From: a virus
Taxonomy: Duplodnaviria > Caudoviricetes
Virus record (IMG/VR): IMGVR_UViG_3300010401_000038
Location: 489-64,488 of that record
Direction: 5' to 3' (one strand)
Length of the DNA: 64,000 bases
Under the pieces are notes generated by a model. It was not told where the DNA came from and ran no database searches. It saw nothing but the letters and a program-made list of their open reading frames with translations. This document shows, one piece after another, positions 56,011-64,000 of the stretch. Position 1 is the first letter of the stretch; every line of letters begins with the position of its first letter. The translations under genes and the position numbers were made by a program.

Positions 56011-56547
56011 ATGACCCATCCCGAGAGCCGTACCCGTACAAGGTTCGTCAGCATCCTCGCGCTCGCCCTGCTCGCGATCTTCCTGTCCGTGCCGGGGGTC
56101 GCGGACGCAGCGCCCACTGCCCCGCAGAAGGCGCTGACCGAGATGTACGGGTCGGTCGCCTTCTCCCAGAACAGCGACATCTCGGCCATCAGCGCCTCGA
56201 TCGACGTCGAGTTCCCGCTCGGCACCCACTTCGCCATCGGCCCGCTCGCCACCTACGACAGCGTGCGGCCCAAGGGCGAATCGTGGACCTCCGATACTGC
56301 GGTGGGCGGAGTCTTCGTTCTCAACTTCGCGAACGATCACCTCGGTCCCTATTGCAGCGCGGGGGCGACCGCCCTGACATCCGACTTCCACGGGTGGACG
56401 TTGCTGCCGGAGTGCGGCTTCAAGTTCGGCACCGACCATATTGCGTTCCGTGTCGGAGCCCAGCATCCCATCCATTACGACGTCGGCGAGAGCCCCGTCG
56501 ACCTGGAGGGAACCAGAGTCGCCGGGTTCTTCGGCGGCCGCTGGTGA
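56011..56547 (+). CDS. putative outer-membrane beta-barrel protein
   Basis: Signal peptide, about 8 amphipathic strands, terminal aromatic (FFGGRW). Confidence 0.7.
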   Translation: MTHPESRTRTRFVSILALALLAIFLSVPGVADAAPTAPQKALTEMYGSVAFSQNSDISAISASIDVEFPLGTHFAIGPLATYDSVRPKGESWTSDTAVGGVFVLNFANDHLGPYCSAGATALTSDFHGWTLLPECGFKFGTDHIAFRVGAQHPIHYDVGESPVDLEGTRVAGFFGGRW

Positions 56548-56588
56548 CGTAGCTCCCACCGCGCGGGCCCTTCCTGCCCCGTGCGTTC

Positions 56589-56628
56589 AAGCCCGGTCGT
56601 CGTCTCCATGCGACGGCCGGGCTTTTTT
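56589..56628 (+). terminator. intrinsic terminator ending the late operon
   Basis: AAGCCCGGTCGTCG-loop-CGACGGCCGGGCTT plus T run. Confidence 0.85.
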
Positions 56629-56629
56629 C

Positions 56630-56658
56630 TTGACATCCCGCCACCATCCTCCTATCTT
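56630..56658 (+). promoter_or_regulatory. promoter TTGACA-N17-TATCTT
   Basis: Consensus -35, 17-nt spacer. Confidence 0.7.
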
Positions 56659-56670
56659 GTCTTGCGCGGA

Positions 56671-56706
56671 ATAACTCTTGACAAGAGTCGCGGAGTGAGG
56701 TATACA
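56671..56706 (+). promoter_or_regulatory. operator palindrome ACTCTTGACAAGAGT (56674-56688) with promoter TTGACA-N17-TATACA
   Basis: Identical core to 14693 site. Confidence 0.75.
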
Positions 56707-56966
56707 TGCCGGACATGAAAGAAGTCGACGAATGGAAAAAGGGCAACCGCTCCTACATCCGGGCCTACGACCGTCACTATCGCAAGGTGCAGCGGCTCGA
56801 GACGCTGGAGGCGCTCCTGACCATCGCGAAGATGGACCGTCCGTCGAAGGAACGCAACGTGAAGGTGTCGGAGCTGGAGTCGAAGATCCGGGTGCTCCGG
56901 AACAAGATGCGGGCCGAGGGGTTCAAGCCGCGGCGCGCATCGTCGAACGGCAAGGAGGGGTCGTGA
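56706..56966 (+). CDS. basic coiled-coil hypothetical protein (alternative ATG 56715)
   Basis: First ORF after tandem promoters. Confidence 0.6.
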   Translation: MPDMKEVDEWKKGNRSYIRAYDRHYRKVQRLETLEALLTIAKMDRPSKERNVKVSELESKIRVLRNKMRAEGFKPRRASSNGKEGS

Positions 56967-57184
56967 CCGCCGAGACCCTTGGATTGCGCTCGCGCCGCCC
57001 TCGTCGTGGCGCTCTTACCGTGTCGCAATCGGCGGGTGCGCCGACGGGGCCCGGGGAGGATGCGGGGACGTGCGAAAACCCCGAGGATTCCCCGGGCGGT
57101 CGGTTCTCGTTCGTGGAGGATGATGCACCGACCTTCGTGAGGACGCGGCCCCCGGTCGCGTATCCCGAGAGGAGACGACGTTGA
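56963..57184 (+). CDS. hypothetical protein
   Basis: AAGGAGG RBS; 4-nt overlaps on both sides. Confidence 0.4.
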   Translation: MTAETLGLRSRRPRRGALTVSQSAGAPTGPGEDAGTCENPEDSPGGRFSFVEDDAPTFVRTRPPVAYPERRRR

Positions 57185-58473
57185 TCGAGGGATTCGTGAA
57201 GCAGAACGGGCTACCGCCGCGCATCGCGAAGATCCGGCTCGGCGTCAAGGGGAAGACGCAGGCTGGCAAGGAGTACCCGAAGGACACCGATCACTTCGTC
57301 CTGGCGGACTGCCCGGAGGTCGCGGTGCGCTACGGCGATCGCCCCAAGGCGCTCGTCGTCATGTTCGCATCCGACCAGATCGAATACAACTTCCCGCAGC
57401 GCCTCGAAGCGTGGAGCGGGAAGCCGCCCACGGATGGTCAGCCGAGCAAGTCGACCCTGTTCTGCTCGAGCGATGGCGTCACCGCGCACCGCATCTACAA
57501 GCCCGAGAAGGACCCGAGCGGCAAGGCGTACGTCCAGAGCCTCGACGCCGACGACCAGCCCGAGGAAGGCGAGATGTTCGAGATGCCCTGCCCCTACCAC
57601 GACTGCCCGTACTTCGAGGGGCGCGGCTGCAAGGAGGTCGGGCGCCTGAACGTCGTGCTCCCCGAGATCACCCTGAGCGGCACGTATCAGGTCGAGACGT
57701 CGTCCGCCTACGGCGCGAGCAACATCTTCCAGATGATCGACTCGCGTCTCGACGAGACGGGCGAGCCGCGCGGCTGGGCGATGAGGATGACGCGCAGCGA
57801 GCGTCACCCCGGCGGTCACATCGCGTGGACGGTGCCGTTCGTGCTCGAGCGCGTGCCGCAGACCGTGGTGTTCGAGGGGAAGGGGACGATCAAGCATATC
57901 CTCCGCCTGCGCGCCCTCGACGACGCCGAGAAGCTGCGCAACCTCCAGATCAGCGTGCCAGCGTGGATGAGCGGGCGTACCGTGTTCGCCTCCTACGGGC
58001 CGCCGCAGATCGACCGGCCGGAGGACCTGTTCCCGGGGGTCGCGACCGACCAGGTGCCAGCCATCGAAGCGCCGGCCGCGCAGCGTGCTCTGCCGCCGGC
58101 GTTGGAAGCCACATCCCAGCAGACGAGCACGGCCCCCGCGGCGGCGAGCGGACGAGAAACCGCTCCGAAACCCGCCGCGGCGGTCGTGCCGGACGCGATC
58201 GTCGAGTGGGCGAAGAAGGCCGGCGTCACGGCGGCCCAGCTCGAGAACCTGAAAATCTCCATGCGCGGCGACGAGGACCGTATCGTCGCCGAGCTCAAGG
58301 CGCGGGTGGCGCGCAAGGCTGACAAGAGGGCCGCCTCGCCTGCTCCGCCGCAACCGGCAGCACAGAGGCCGGCCGCACCGCCCCCGACCGCTCCCAGCCC
58401 CGCGCGGACGCAGCAAGGGTCGCCGGAGCCGCCCGAGTCGGGGCCTGGCGACCAGACGATTCTGGATTTCTGA
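57181..58473 (+). CDS. Gp3-like / recombination-directionality-factor-like protein
   Basis: PRIAKIRLG.K...YPKDTDHF, FCSSDG, CKEVGRLNVVLP, YQVETSS. Confidence 0.75.
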   Translation: MIEGFVKQNGLPPRIAKIRLGVKGKTQAGKEYPKDTDHFVLADCPEVAVRYGDRPKALVVMFASDQIEYNFPQRLEAWSGKPPTDGQPSKSTLFCSSDGVTAHRIYKPEKDPSGKAYVQSLDADDQPEEGEMFEMPCPYHDCPYFEGRGCKEVGRLNVVLPEITLSGTYQVETSSAYGASNIFQMIDSRLDETGEPRGWAMRMTRSERHPGGHIAWTVPFVLERVPQTVVFEGKGTIKHILRLRALDDAEKLRNLQISVPAWMSGRTVFASYGPPQIDRPEDLFPGVATDQVPAIEAPAAQRALPPALEATSQQTSTAPAAASGRETAPKPAAAVVPDAIVEWAKKAGVTAAQLENLKISMRGDEDRIVAELKARVARKADKRAASPAPPQPAAQRPAAPPPTAPSPARTQQGSPEPPESGPGDQTILDF

Positions 58474-58482
58474 GGAGAACCG

Positions 58483-59652
58483 ATGCGCACCGCGTTGTCG
58501 CACAGCCGAATCGAGCTGCTCGAAGACTGCCCCCTCAAGTTCAAGGCGATCGTGCTCGACAAAACGCCCTGGAAGAAGGGCCTGCCGCTCTACAACGGCG
58601 GGTTCCTGCACGACCTCGCCGAGGCGTACATCAACTACCTGACCGAGATCGGCATCCAGAGCGATATCAAGGGCGGCCTGGAGCTGTTCGAGGAGAAGTG
58701 GATGGCGCGCCACGAGGACAAGGAGTTCAAGGCGATCCCGGAGGCGGAGCACGACCAGCTCCTCGAGGCGTGGACATCGTTCATCGAGGACCGCGTTTTC
58801 GAGCCGGACAACATCGTCGGGTCCGAGATGGAGATCGCGCTCGATGGGAAGTGGGAGCAGGTCGACTGGTTCGATAAGGAGCGGGCCTTCTTTCGCGCCA
58901 AGATGGATCTCGTGACGCTCACGAACCAGGACCCGCCCACCGTGACCGACTTCAAGAGCAGTTACAACGCCTCATCGAAGGACGAGGCCGAGAGGAACCC
59001 GCAGGGGCGCCGATACATCATGGCGCTCCTGAGCACGAAGGGACGCCTGGGGTCGGCCGACGAGTACCGCGTCATCTACGACTTCATGCGCAGCAACGTG
59101 CAGCGCGAGGTCATTCTGACCCGCGGGCACGGTCTCGAGGAGCGTGACCGGACGTTCGCCATCAGCGAAAAGCTGGAGAAGCGGATCAAGAAGAACGAAT
59201 GGGACGCGACCCCCGGAAACGGTTGCCACGATTGTCCGCTATTCGAGAGCGCCTGCCCGGCGAAGGGGCTCGCGGCGCCCGAGCGTGGCATCCAGGACCC
59301 GGAAACGGCCAAGCAGATGCTCGCGCACCTGATCATGCTCAACGAGCAGGCGAAGCGCATCCGCGGGGCTCTTGAGGGCTACACGGCAACCGCTGGCATC
59401 GTCGAGAGTGGTGGCCAGGTATTCGGGCCACGGCCGATGCAGGACTACGCCTGGGACATCCTGACGCTGCGGGAGTGGGCGAACCGGAACGGTATCAGCA
59501 TCGAGGACATCGTGCGGCCCCGTTCGCGCACCGAGCTCGAGAAGCTGGCGCGGAAGACGGCGGACAAGAAGAAGGCGATCGACGAGCTGCTCGGCATCGC
59601 GACGATCGAGAATGGGACGGAGTACCGCATCCGGAAGGCGACCGGGGAATGA
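58483..59652 (+). CDS. PD-(D/E)XK exonuclease (RecB/Cas4-like)
   Basis: LSHSRI...CP, E.EI, AKMDLV, TDFKS, Q..RY, CHDCP..SAC. Confidence 0.85.
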   Translation: MRTALSHSRIELLEDCPLKFKAIVLDKTPWKKGLPLYNGGFLHDLAEAYINYLTEIGIQSDIKGGLELFEEKWMARHEDKEFKAIPEAEHDQLLEAWTSFIEDRVFEPDNIVGSEMEIALDGKWEQVDWFDKERAFFRAKMDLVTLTNQDPPTVTDFKSSYNASSKDEAERNPQGRRYIMALLSTKGRLGSADEYRVIYDFMRSNVQREVILTRGHGLEERDRTFAISEKLEKRIKKNEWDATPGNGCHDCPLFESACPAKGLAAPERGIQDPETAKQMLAHLIMLNEQAKRIRGALEGYTATAGIVESGGQVFGPRPMQDYAWDILTLREWANRNGISIEDIVRPRSRTELEKLARKTADKKKAIDELLGIATIENGTEYRIRKATGE

Positions 59653-59828
59653 GCTGGTCGAGGTTTCTGTCCGGGGTCGCCATTGCGCTCACCTGCCTTG
59701 TGGCGTCGGCCGTGAACTACCAGAAGGGTCATCTATTTTTGGCTCTTTTGGAATTCGGCCTCAGTTCGATCATCGCCTTCCTGTGCGGGGTCTACTTCCC
59801 GCCCGACAAGAAAGGACGCCGCCTGTGA
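59649..59828 (+). CDS. small two-TM membrane protein
   Basis: Hydrophobic pair; coupled both sides. Confidence 0.55.
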   Translation: MSWSRFLSGVAIALTCLVASAVNYQKGHLFLALLEFGLSSIIAFLCGVYFPPDKKGRRL

Positions 59829-61684
59829 AGATCAACAGCATCGCGATCGACAACCTGCGCAGCCACCACCACACCGAGATCAAGGACCTGGCGGAGGTCG
59901 TGTTCTTCGTCGGCCAGAACCGCGTCGGCAAGAGCACGATCATCGACGCCATCTCCTACACGCTGCGCGGGACGTGCCGGGGCGTCGACGACGGTGGCCG
60001 GGGCGTCGCCTACCTCCCCACCCGGGACGGTAAGGTGCTCGCAGAGCAGTTCCGCGTCAGCCTCGCGACCGACATGGGCCTGATCTCGCGCGCCGGCCCG
60101 GGCGAGGGCGTTCGCAGCCCCGTCCAGGCGCAGGTCGACGGCCTGTTCAACAAGGACGGGGGCCAGCCTCTCGACCTGCGCGTGCTCGTCGAGACGCCGC
60201 GCTTCCTCGACTTCAACCCGAAGGATCAGCTCGCGTGGATGCACCGCGTCCTGACCCCGCGGATCCCGACCGGGTGGGTGGCGCAGGAGCTCGGCGAGGA
60301 TTTCGCCTACCTCGAGCCGCTCCGGATGGACTGGTCGGAGCCACTGAGCCTCGACCGGGCGGAGAAGTACGTCCGCGAGCGCCGTCACCATCTCAAAAAG
60401 TCCATCGACGAAGTGAAGTCGATCGACCTGAGCACCTTCCCGGACACCTGGAAGAAGCTCACGCCGGAGGAGGCCGCGTCGCACCTGACCCGGTCGGAGG
60501 CAACCCTCATGGACCTGCGCGAGCAGCTCCAGCGCGGGACACCAGACCTCAAGGGGCTGCAGGCGGTGTGCGAGCAGGCGGCGGCGGCCCAGGGACGGGC
60601 GGCGGCGCGCATCACCGAGCTTGAGGCCGACCCGGCTGCGGCCAGAGACGTCAAGGTGCTCCGGAAGAACCTCAAGGGGGTCGAGACGAAGATCGCCCTC
60701 CTGCAGACGCAGCGTGCCGAGCGGCTGGCGGACACGAAGGCGCTCGGCGCCGCGCAGGGCGAGCTGGAACTGTGGGAGCGCGCCGAGATCCCACACTGCC
60801 CGACCTGCAAGCGCGCCTACGACGAGAACATGCGGGCCGAGCGGCGTGCGGCCCTCACGAAGGCGGTCTCGATCGGCAAGGCCGCGGAGCGGGCCGTCAA
60901 GGACATCGAGGCCGAGCTGGTGACCCTCCAGGCCGACGCGGAGAAGCTCAGAGGCCCGATCTCGGACGCCTCGAACCATCCCGCCCGGCTGCAGAAGGCG
61001 AAGGACGAGGCCGGCCTGGCGCGCGTGCACGCCGAGGAGGCCAGCCGCATCTACGAGACGGCGAAGTCAGAGGCCCTCGACGAAGAGACCCTCGCGGCCG
61101 TCAAGGCACGCATCACCCGCGGCGACGCGCTCGTGTCCCACCTGCGGTCCTACATGTCGTCCCGCCAGGCGCAGGAGAAGATCGACCGGACGCTGACTGT
61201 GGCGCGCGCCGAGCTCGCGAGCATGGAGCGGCTCGTGAAGAAGCTGTCGACCGACGGCATCCGCAACGCCATCCCGGGGATCGGCCTGCCGGCGTTCGCG
61301 GCGGAGTTCGCGCAGATCGCCGAGCAGTTCGGGATGCGCCTGGAGTTGAGCCTCGACCCGTTCGTCTTCACGGTGGACGGGCGGCCGACGGACCTCCTCT
61401 CGAGCAGCGAACGGCTCATGGTGGGGCTGGCGTTCCAGGTCGCCGCGGCGCGCGTCACGGGGGTGCGCTGGATCGCGTTCGACGACGCCGACCGGCTCGA
61501 CGACGCGCACCGGCGCGTCCTGCACACCGTCCTCGCGGCGAAGCTCGTAGACCAGGTCATCGTGTGCGCGACGCTCAAGATGCCGGACGCGCAGTTCCAG
61601 CCGAAGCAGATCCCGCCGGGCTGGCAGTTCTTCCTCGTGCAGAGCACGGGGGCCGGCACGGCGGTGACACAGGTGGGGGCGTGA
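59825..61684 (+). CDS. Rad50/SbcC-like ABC ATPase
   Basis: GQNRVGKST, coiled coils, CPTC zinc hook, LSSSE, IAFDDAD. Confidence 0.85.
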   Translation: MKINSIAIDNLRSHHHTEIKDLAEVVFFVGQNRVGKSTIIDAISYTLRGTCRGVDDGGRGVAYLPTRDGKVLAEQFRVSLATDMGLISRAGPGEGVRSPVQAQVDGLFNKDGGQPLDLRVLVETPRFLDFNPKDQLAWMHRVLTPRIPTGWVAQELGEDFAYLEPLRMDWSEPLSLDRAEKYVRERRHHLKKSIDEVKSIDLSTFPDTWKKLTPEEAASHLTRSEATLMDLREQLQRGTPDLKGLQAVCEQAAAAQGRAAARITELEADPAAARDVKVLRKNLKGVETKIALLQTQRAERLADTKALGAAQGELELWERAEIPHCPTCKRAYDENMRAERRAALTKAVSIGKAAERAVKDIEAELVTLQADAEKLRGPISDASNHPARLQKAKDEAGLARVHAEEASRIYETAKSEALDEETLAAVKARITRGDALVSHLRSYMSSRQAQEKIDRTLTVARAELASMERLVKKLSTDGIRNAIPGIGLPAFAAEFAQIAEQFGMRLELSLDPFVFTVDGRPTDLLSSSERLMVGLAFQVAAARVTGVRWIAFDDADRLDDAHRRVLHTVLAAKLVDQVIVCATLKMPDAQFQPKQIPPGWQFFLVQSTGAGTAVTQVGA

Positions 61685-62034
61685 AGGACGAAGATACCGG
61701 GGTGGAGCAGCGGCCAGCTCATTCGGTTCATACCCGAAAGGTCGAGGGTTCAAATCCCTCCCCCGGCACCACCGTCACCTACGAGCAGGCGGTCATCGTC
61801 CAGGAGCAGTGCTGCTACGCCGGTCCGTCGACCTTCGAGTGCCGGCTCCACGGACAGATAAGCAACCTAATCGTGGGCAGCGCCCTCCACTGCAACCAGT
61901 GTCACCGAGAACTGCCACTGGCCCGCGCCGTTTACCGGGCCATGCGCTCTATCCACGACGAGATGATCGGCGACATCCGATCGATCCTGAAAGGAGACCC
62001 GTGCCCACCCGAGAAACCGAAGTCCGAGACCTGA
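61681..62034 (+). CDS. Cys/His-rich hypothetical protein whose 5' part overlaps the tRNA
   Basis: GTGA coupling with Rad50-like gene; open through tRNA; CRLH...HCNQCH. Confidence 0.5.
   Translation: MKDEDTGVEQRPAHSVHTRKVEGSNPSPGTTVTYEQAVIVQEQCCYAGPSTFECRLHGQISNLIVGSALHCNQCHRELPLARAVYRAMRSIHDEMIGDIRSILKGDPCPPEKPKSET
61696..61771 (+). tRNA. tRNA-Met(CAT), initiator-like
   Basis: Cloverleaf ACCGGGG/CCCCGGC, GAGC/GCTC, TTCGG-TTCATAC-CCGAA, GAGGG-TTCAAAT-CCCTC, encoded ACCA; 1:72 mismatch and A11:U24. Confidence 0.9.
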
Positions 62035-62438
62035 AAGTCATCCTCACCCGGGACGAGAAGCTCGAGTACGGGGAGAAGATGGCGAAGGAGTGCAACATCC
62101 TCAAGCGCGCCGAGAATGAGAAGGCCGAGACGAGCGCCGAGATCAACGGCCGCATCAAAGGCCACAAGGCCGAGATCGACAAGGTCGCGGAGGTCCTCGC
62201 GCAGGGCTACGAGTACCGCCCGGTGAAGTGTGAGCGCGTCCTCGACTACGACCGCGGCGTGCTGCGGGTCATCCGGCTCGACACCGGCGAGATCGTCCAG
62301 GAGCGCGAGCTCACGGAGCGCGAGCGGCAGATGTCCCTGCACATCGCGCCGCCGCCGACGATGGGGGCGACTCCAGGCGCGACCCTGGACGATGGCGTCC
62401 CCGCCGTGCCGGACATCAACCCGGAGACGGAGTTCTAG
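62001..62438 (+). CDS. conserved phage hypothetical protein (L.V.LT..E...IRLDTGEIV..R.LT..ERQ)
   Basis: AAGGAG RBS; recognisable motif. Confidence 0.75.
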   Translation: MPTRETEVRDLKVILTRDEKLEYGEKMAKECNILKRAENEKAETSAEINGRIKGHKAEIDKVAEVLAQGYEYRPVKCERVLDYDRGVLRVIRLDTGEIVQERELTERERQMSLHIAPPPTMGATPGATLDDGVPAVPDINPETEF

Positions 62439-62651
62439 ATGGACCTGACATCGTTTCCGAGTTGGCAGGCGTACGAGGACCACACCGATGTCGAGCACGG
62501 ATGCGGTCCTGAATGCGAAGCCCTCGTCGCACTCGTCGAGTCCCATCGCCGAGACGTCGCCGACTTAGCACGCGCCGAACTTTGCCCGCCTGACTGTATC
62601 CGCCAAGGGTGCCCTTGCGACGACGTGCGTCGCGCCCTGAAAGGAGTCTAG
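62439..62651 (+). CDS. hypothetical protein
   Basis: GGAG RBS; adjacent start/stop. Confidence 0.5.
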   Translation: MDLTSFPSWQAYEDHTDVEHGCGPECEALVALVESHRRDVADLARAELCPPDCIRQGCPCDDVRRALKGV

Positions 62652-62936
62652 ATGCCGAGCCTCGCGCAGAAGTGGTTCGAGCAGCGCAAGGACCGAGAGG
62701 TCTACGCCGCGAAGGCCAAGGAGTCGGTCGACGAGGGTCAGCCAATGCTCTACAGCGCGCACGACGAGAAGTTGCTGCTCGCCTACGTGAGCACATTCAA
62801 CGGGCACGTCCGCATATTCGAGCGCGACCTATCGGCGGTCGACGCGGAGGCCCTCGCGAAGTGGCTGCTCGTCGTCACGGCCGGCCACGAGTACAACGTC
62901 CTCGCCGAGAAGGCGTCCGTCGAGCCGCCCTTCTGA
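62652..62936 (+). CDS. hypothetical protein
   Basis: AAGGAG RBS. Confidence 0.6.
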   Translation: MPSLAQKWFEQRKDREVYAAKAKESVDEGQPMLYSAHDEKLLLAYVSTFNGHVRIFERDLSAVDAEALAKWLLVVTAGHEYNVLAEKASVEPPF

Positions 62937-63112
62937 TGTCGTGGGTGAAGCGCGACGCGCGCGCGGCGACGGTCGCCTCCGCTCTCCCGAGCGGGCCGGC
63001 GTTCCCGGGCCTGCCGCGCGTCCGTGAATCGTCCGAAGACTACGTGCCGCGCCTGCCGGAGCGCCTCCGGCGTATCGCCTGGGCCTTCCTTGGATGGCTC
63101 AAGGAGTTCTGA
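62936..63112 (+). CDS. hypothetical protein
   Basis: TGATG coupling. Confidence 0.45.
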   Translation: MSWVKRDARAATVASALPSGPAFPGLPRVRESSEDYVPRLPERLRRIAWAFLGWLKEF

Positions 63113-63114
63113 CG

Positions 63115-63342
63115 GTGAGCGAAACTGGCATCAAGTACGGTCCACTGGTCGCCCCTCCAGATGTCATCCCATCCCTCTGCATCTTCCTGGTGAGCGGACG
63201 GACCTTCACGTTCCGCAGCGTGACGATCGAGCACGATAACGAGTCGGCGATCACCTTCACCTACGAGGCGATGAGCGACGGACGACGGAAGCGGGCGACA
63301 TTCATCAAGCTCCACGTCGCGGGCGTCTCGAGGACGACGTGA
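63115..63342 (+). CDS. small beta-rich hypothetical protein
   Basis: AAGGAG RBS; CIFLVSGRTFTFRSV. Confidence 0.6.
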   Translation: MSETGIKYGPLVAPPDVIPSLCIFLVSGRTFTFRSVTIEHDNESAITFTYEAMSDGRRKRATFIKLHVAGVSRTT

Positions 63343-64000
63343 AAGCCTTCCTCGGGGACGGCGTCCTGCTCGATGTCCAGATATTCACCGACACGCGCGC
63401 CCTGATCCAGGCCAACAGCGGCGGCGGGAAGTCCTGGGTCCTGCGGCGCATCCTCGAGCAGACGCATGGTAAGGTCCAGCATCTCGTCATCGATCCGGAG
63501 GGCGAGTTCTCCAGCCTGCGGGAGAAGTTCGACTACGTCCTGGCCGCGAGCCACGGCGGGGACACCGCGGCCGAACCGCGCACCGCGGCGCTGCTCGCCG
63601 AACGCCTGCTCGAGCTTGGCGTGTCGGCGATACTCGACCTGTACGAGCTCAAGGTGCCCGAGCGCGTCTCGTTCGTTCGCCTGTTCCTGGAGGCCCTCGT
63701 CGACGCCCCGAAGAAGCTGTGGCACCCGGCCCTCGTCATCATCGACGAGGCACACACCTTCTGTCCTCAGAGTAGCGGCCCTCAGAGTCGCGAGGTCGGG
63801 TCGGCGGCGGCGGTCATCGACCTGGCGGCGCGCGGCCGGAAGCGCGGCTTCTGCGCCATCCTGGCGACACAGCGCCTCTCGAAGCTCCACAAGGACGCCG
63901 CAGCGGAGTGCAACAACAAGCTGATCGGGCGGACGGGTCTCGACGTCGACGTCAAGCGCGCCGCCGATGAGCTGGGGTTCGGCAAGGAGCGGTGGCGCGA
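63339..64000 (+). CDS. HerA/FtsK-like ATPase (DUF87/DUF853 type), truncated by window end
   Basis: Manual translation: IQANSGGGKS, VIDPEGEF, VIIDEAH, RGRKRG, LATQR; absent from ORF track because no stop. Confidence 0.85.
   Translation, partial: MKAFLGDGVLLDVQIFTDTRALIQANSGGGKSWVLRRILEQTHGKVQHLVIDPEGEFSSLREKFDYVLAASHGGDTAAEPRTAALLAERLLELGVSAILDLYELKVPERVSFVRLFLEALVDAPKKLWHPALVIIDEAHTFCPQSSGPQSREVGSAAAVIDLAARGRKRGFCAILATQRLSKLHKDAAAECNNKLIGRTGLDVDVKRAADELGFGKERWR

Larger units (their letters stand above)
1..64000. mobile_element. Tailed dsDNA bacteriophage genome segment, podovirus-like (no tape measure or sheath gene recognised; large ejection proteins)
   Basis: TerL, portal, capsid, adaptor, nozzle, ejection proteins, endolysin, primase-helicase; dense ATGA/GTGA-coupled small ORFs; no housekeeping genes. 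Confidence 0.95.

Noticed and set aside
1-64000. CRISPR array or diversity-generating retroelement
   Set aside because: No regularly spaced repeats, reverse transcriptase or TR/VR pair seen; the Cas4-like nuclease sits in a recombination context
1-64000. TGA stop-codon reassignment
   Set aside because: Only one suspicious in-frame TGA; most genes end in TGA with ATGA/GTGA coupling and long ORFs are intact
1-64000. Integrated prophage with att sites
   Set aside because: No integrase or host flanks in the window; the tRNA is flanked by phage genes on both sides

Overview
The whole window is most of one high-GC (roughly two-thirds G+C by eye) tailed dsDNA phage genome with podovirus-like organisation; no host genes and no integrase are visible. 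Layout: (i) 1-4.2 kb, + strand small accessory genes, an amino-MTase and RuvC; (ii) 4.3-8.8 kb, a leftward cassette of small genes bounded by its own sigma70-like promoter and intrinsic terminator; (iii) 8.85-9.73 kb, non-coding, with iteron-like and inverted repeats next to a primase-helicase and a C5 MTase; (iv) 12.5-18 kb, rightward small genes including XRE-HTH and RHH regulators, a class I methyltransferase, a GT2 glycosyltransferase and an Acb2/Tad1-like protein; (v) 18-54 kb, morphogenesis (TerL, portal, scaffold, major capsid, four paralogous decoration-like proteins, a two-domain glycosyltransferase, adaptor, fibre/spike, nozzle, ejection proteins and a 3387-aa polyvalent protein with SLT, SF2 helicase, JAB, HExxH and LPD-type regions); (vi) 54-56.6 kb, lysis genes plus an outer-membrane beta-barrel; (vii) 56.7-64 kb, recombination genes (Gp3-like, PD-(D/E)XK, Rad50-like, HerA-like) and an initiator-type tRNA(CAT). 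Most notable: Sec-signal-peptide, cysteine-rich proteins embedded in the packaging and tail operons; an overprinted 71-aa gene with its own RBS inside the giant protein; a palindromic ACTCTTG-W-CAAGAGT operator/promoter family with apparent leaderless starts; a tRNA nested in a translated ORF; and a probable virion-glycosylation module. Several apparent single-base frameshifts suggest sequencing error. All family calls come from motif recognition by eye, not database searches.
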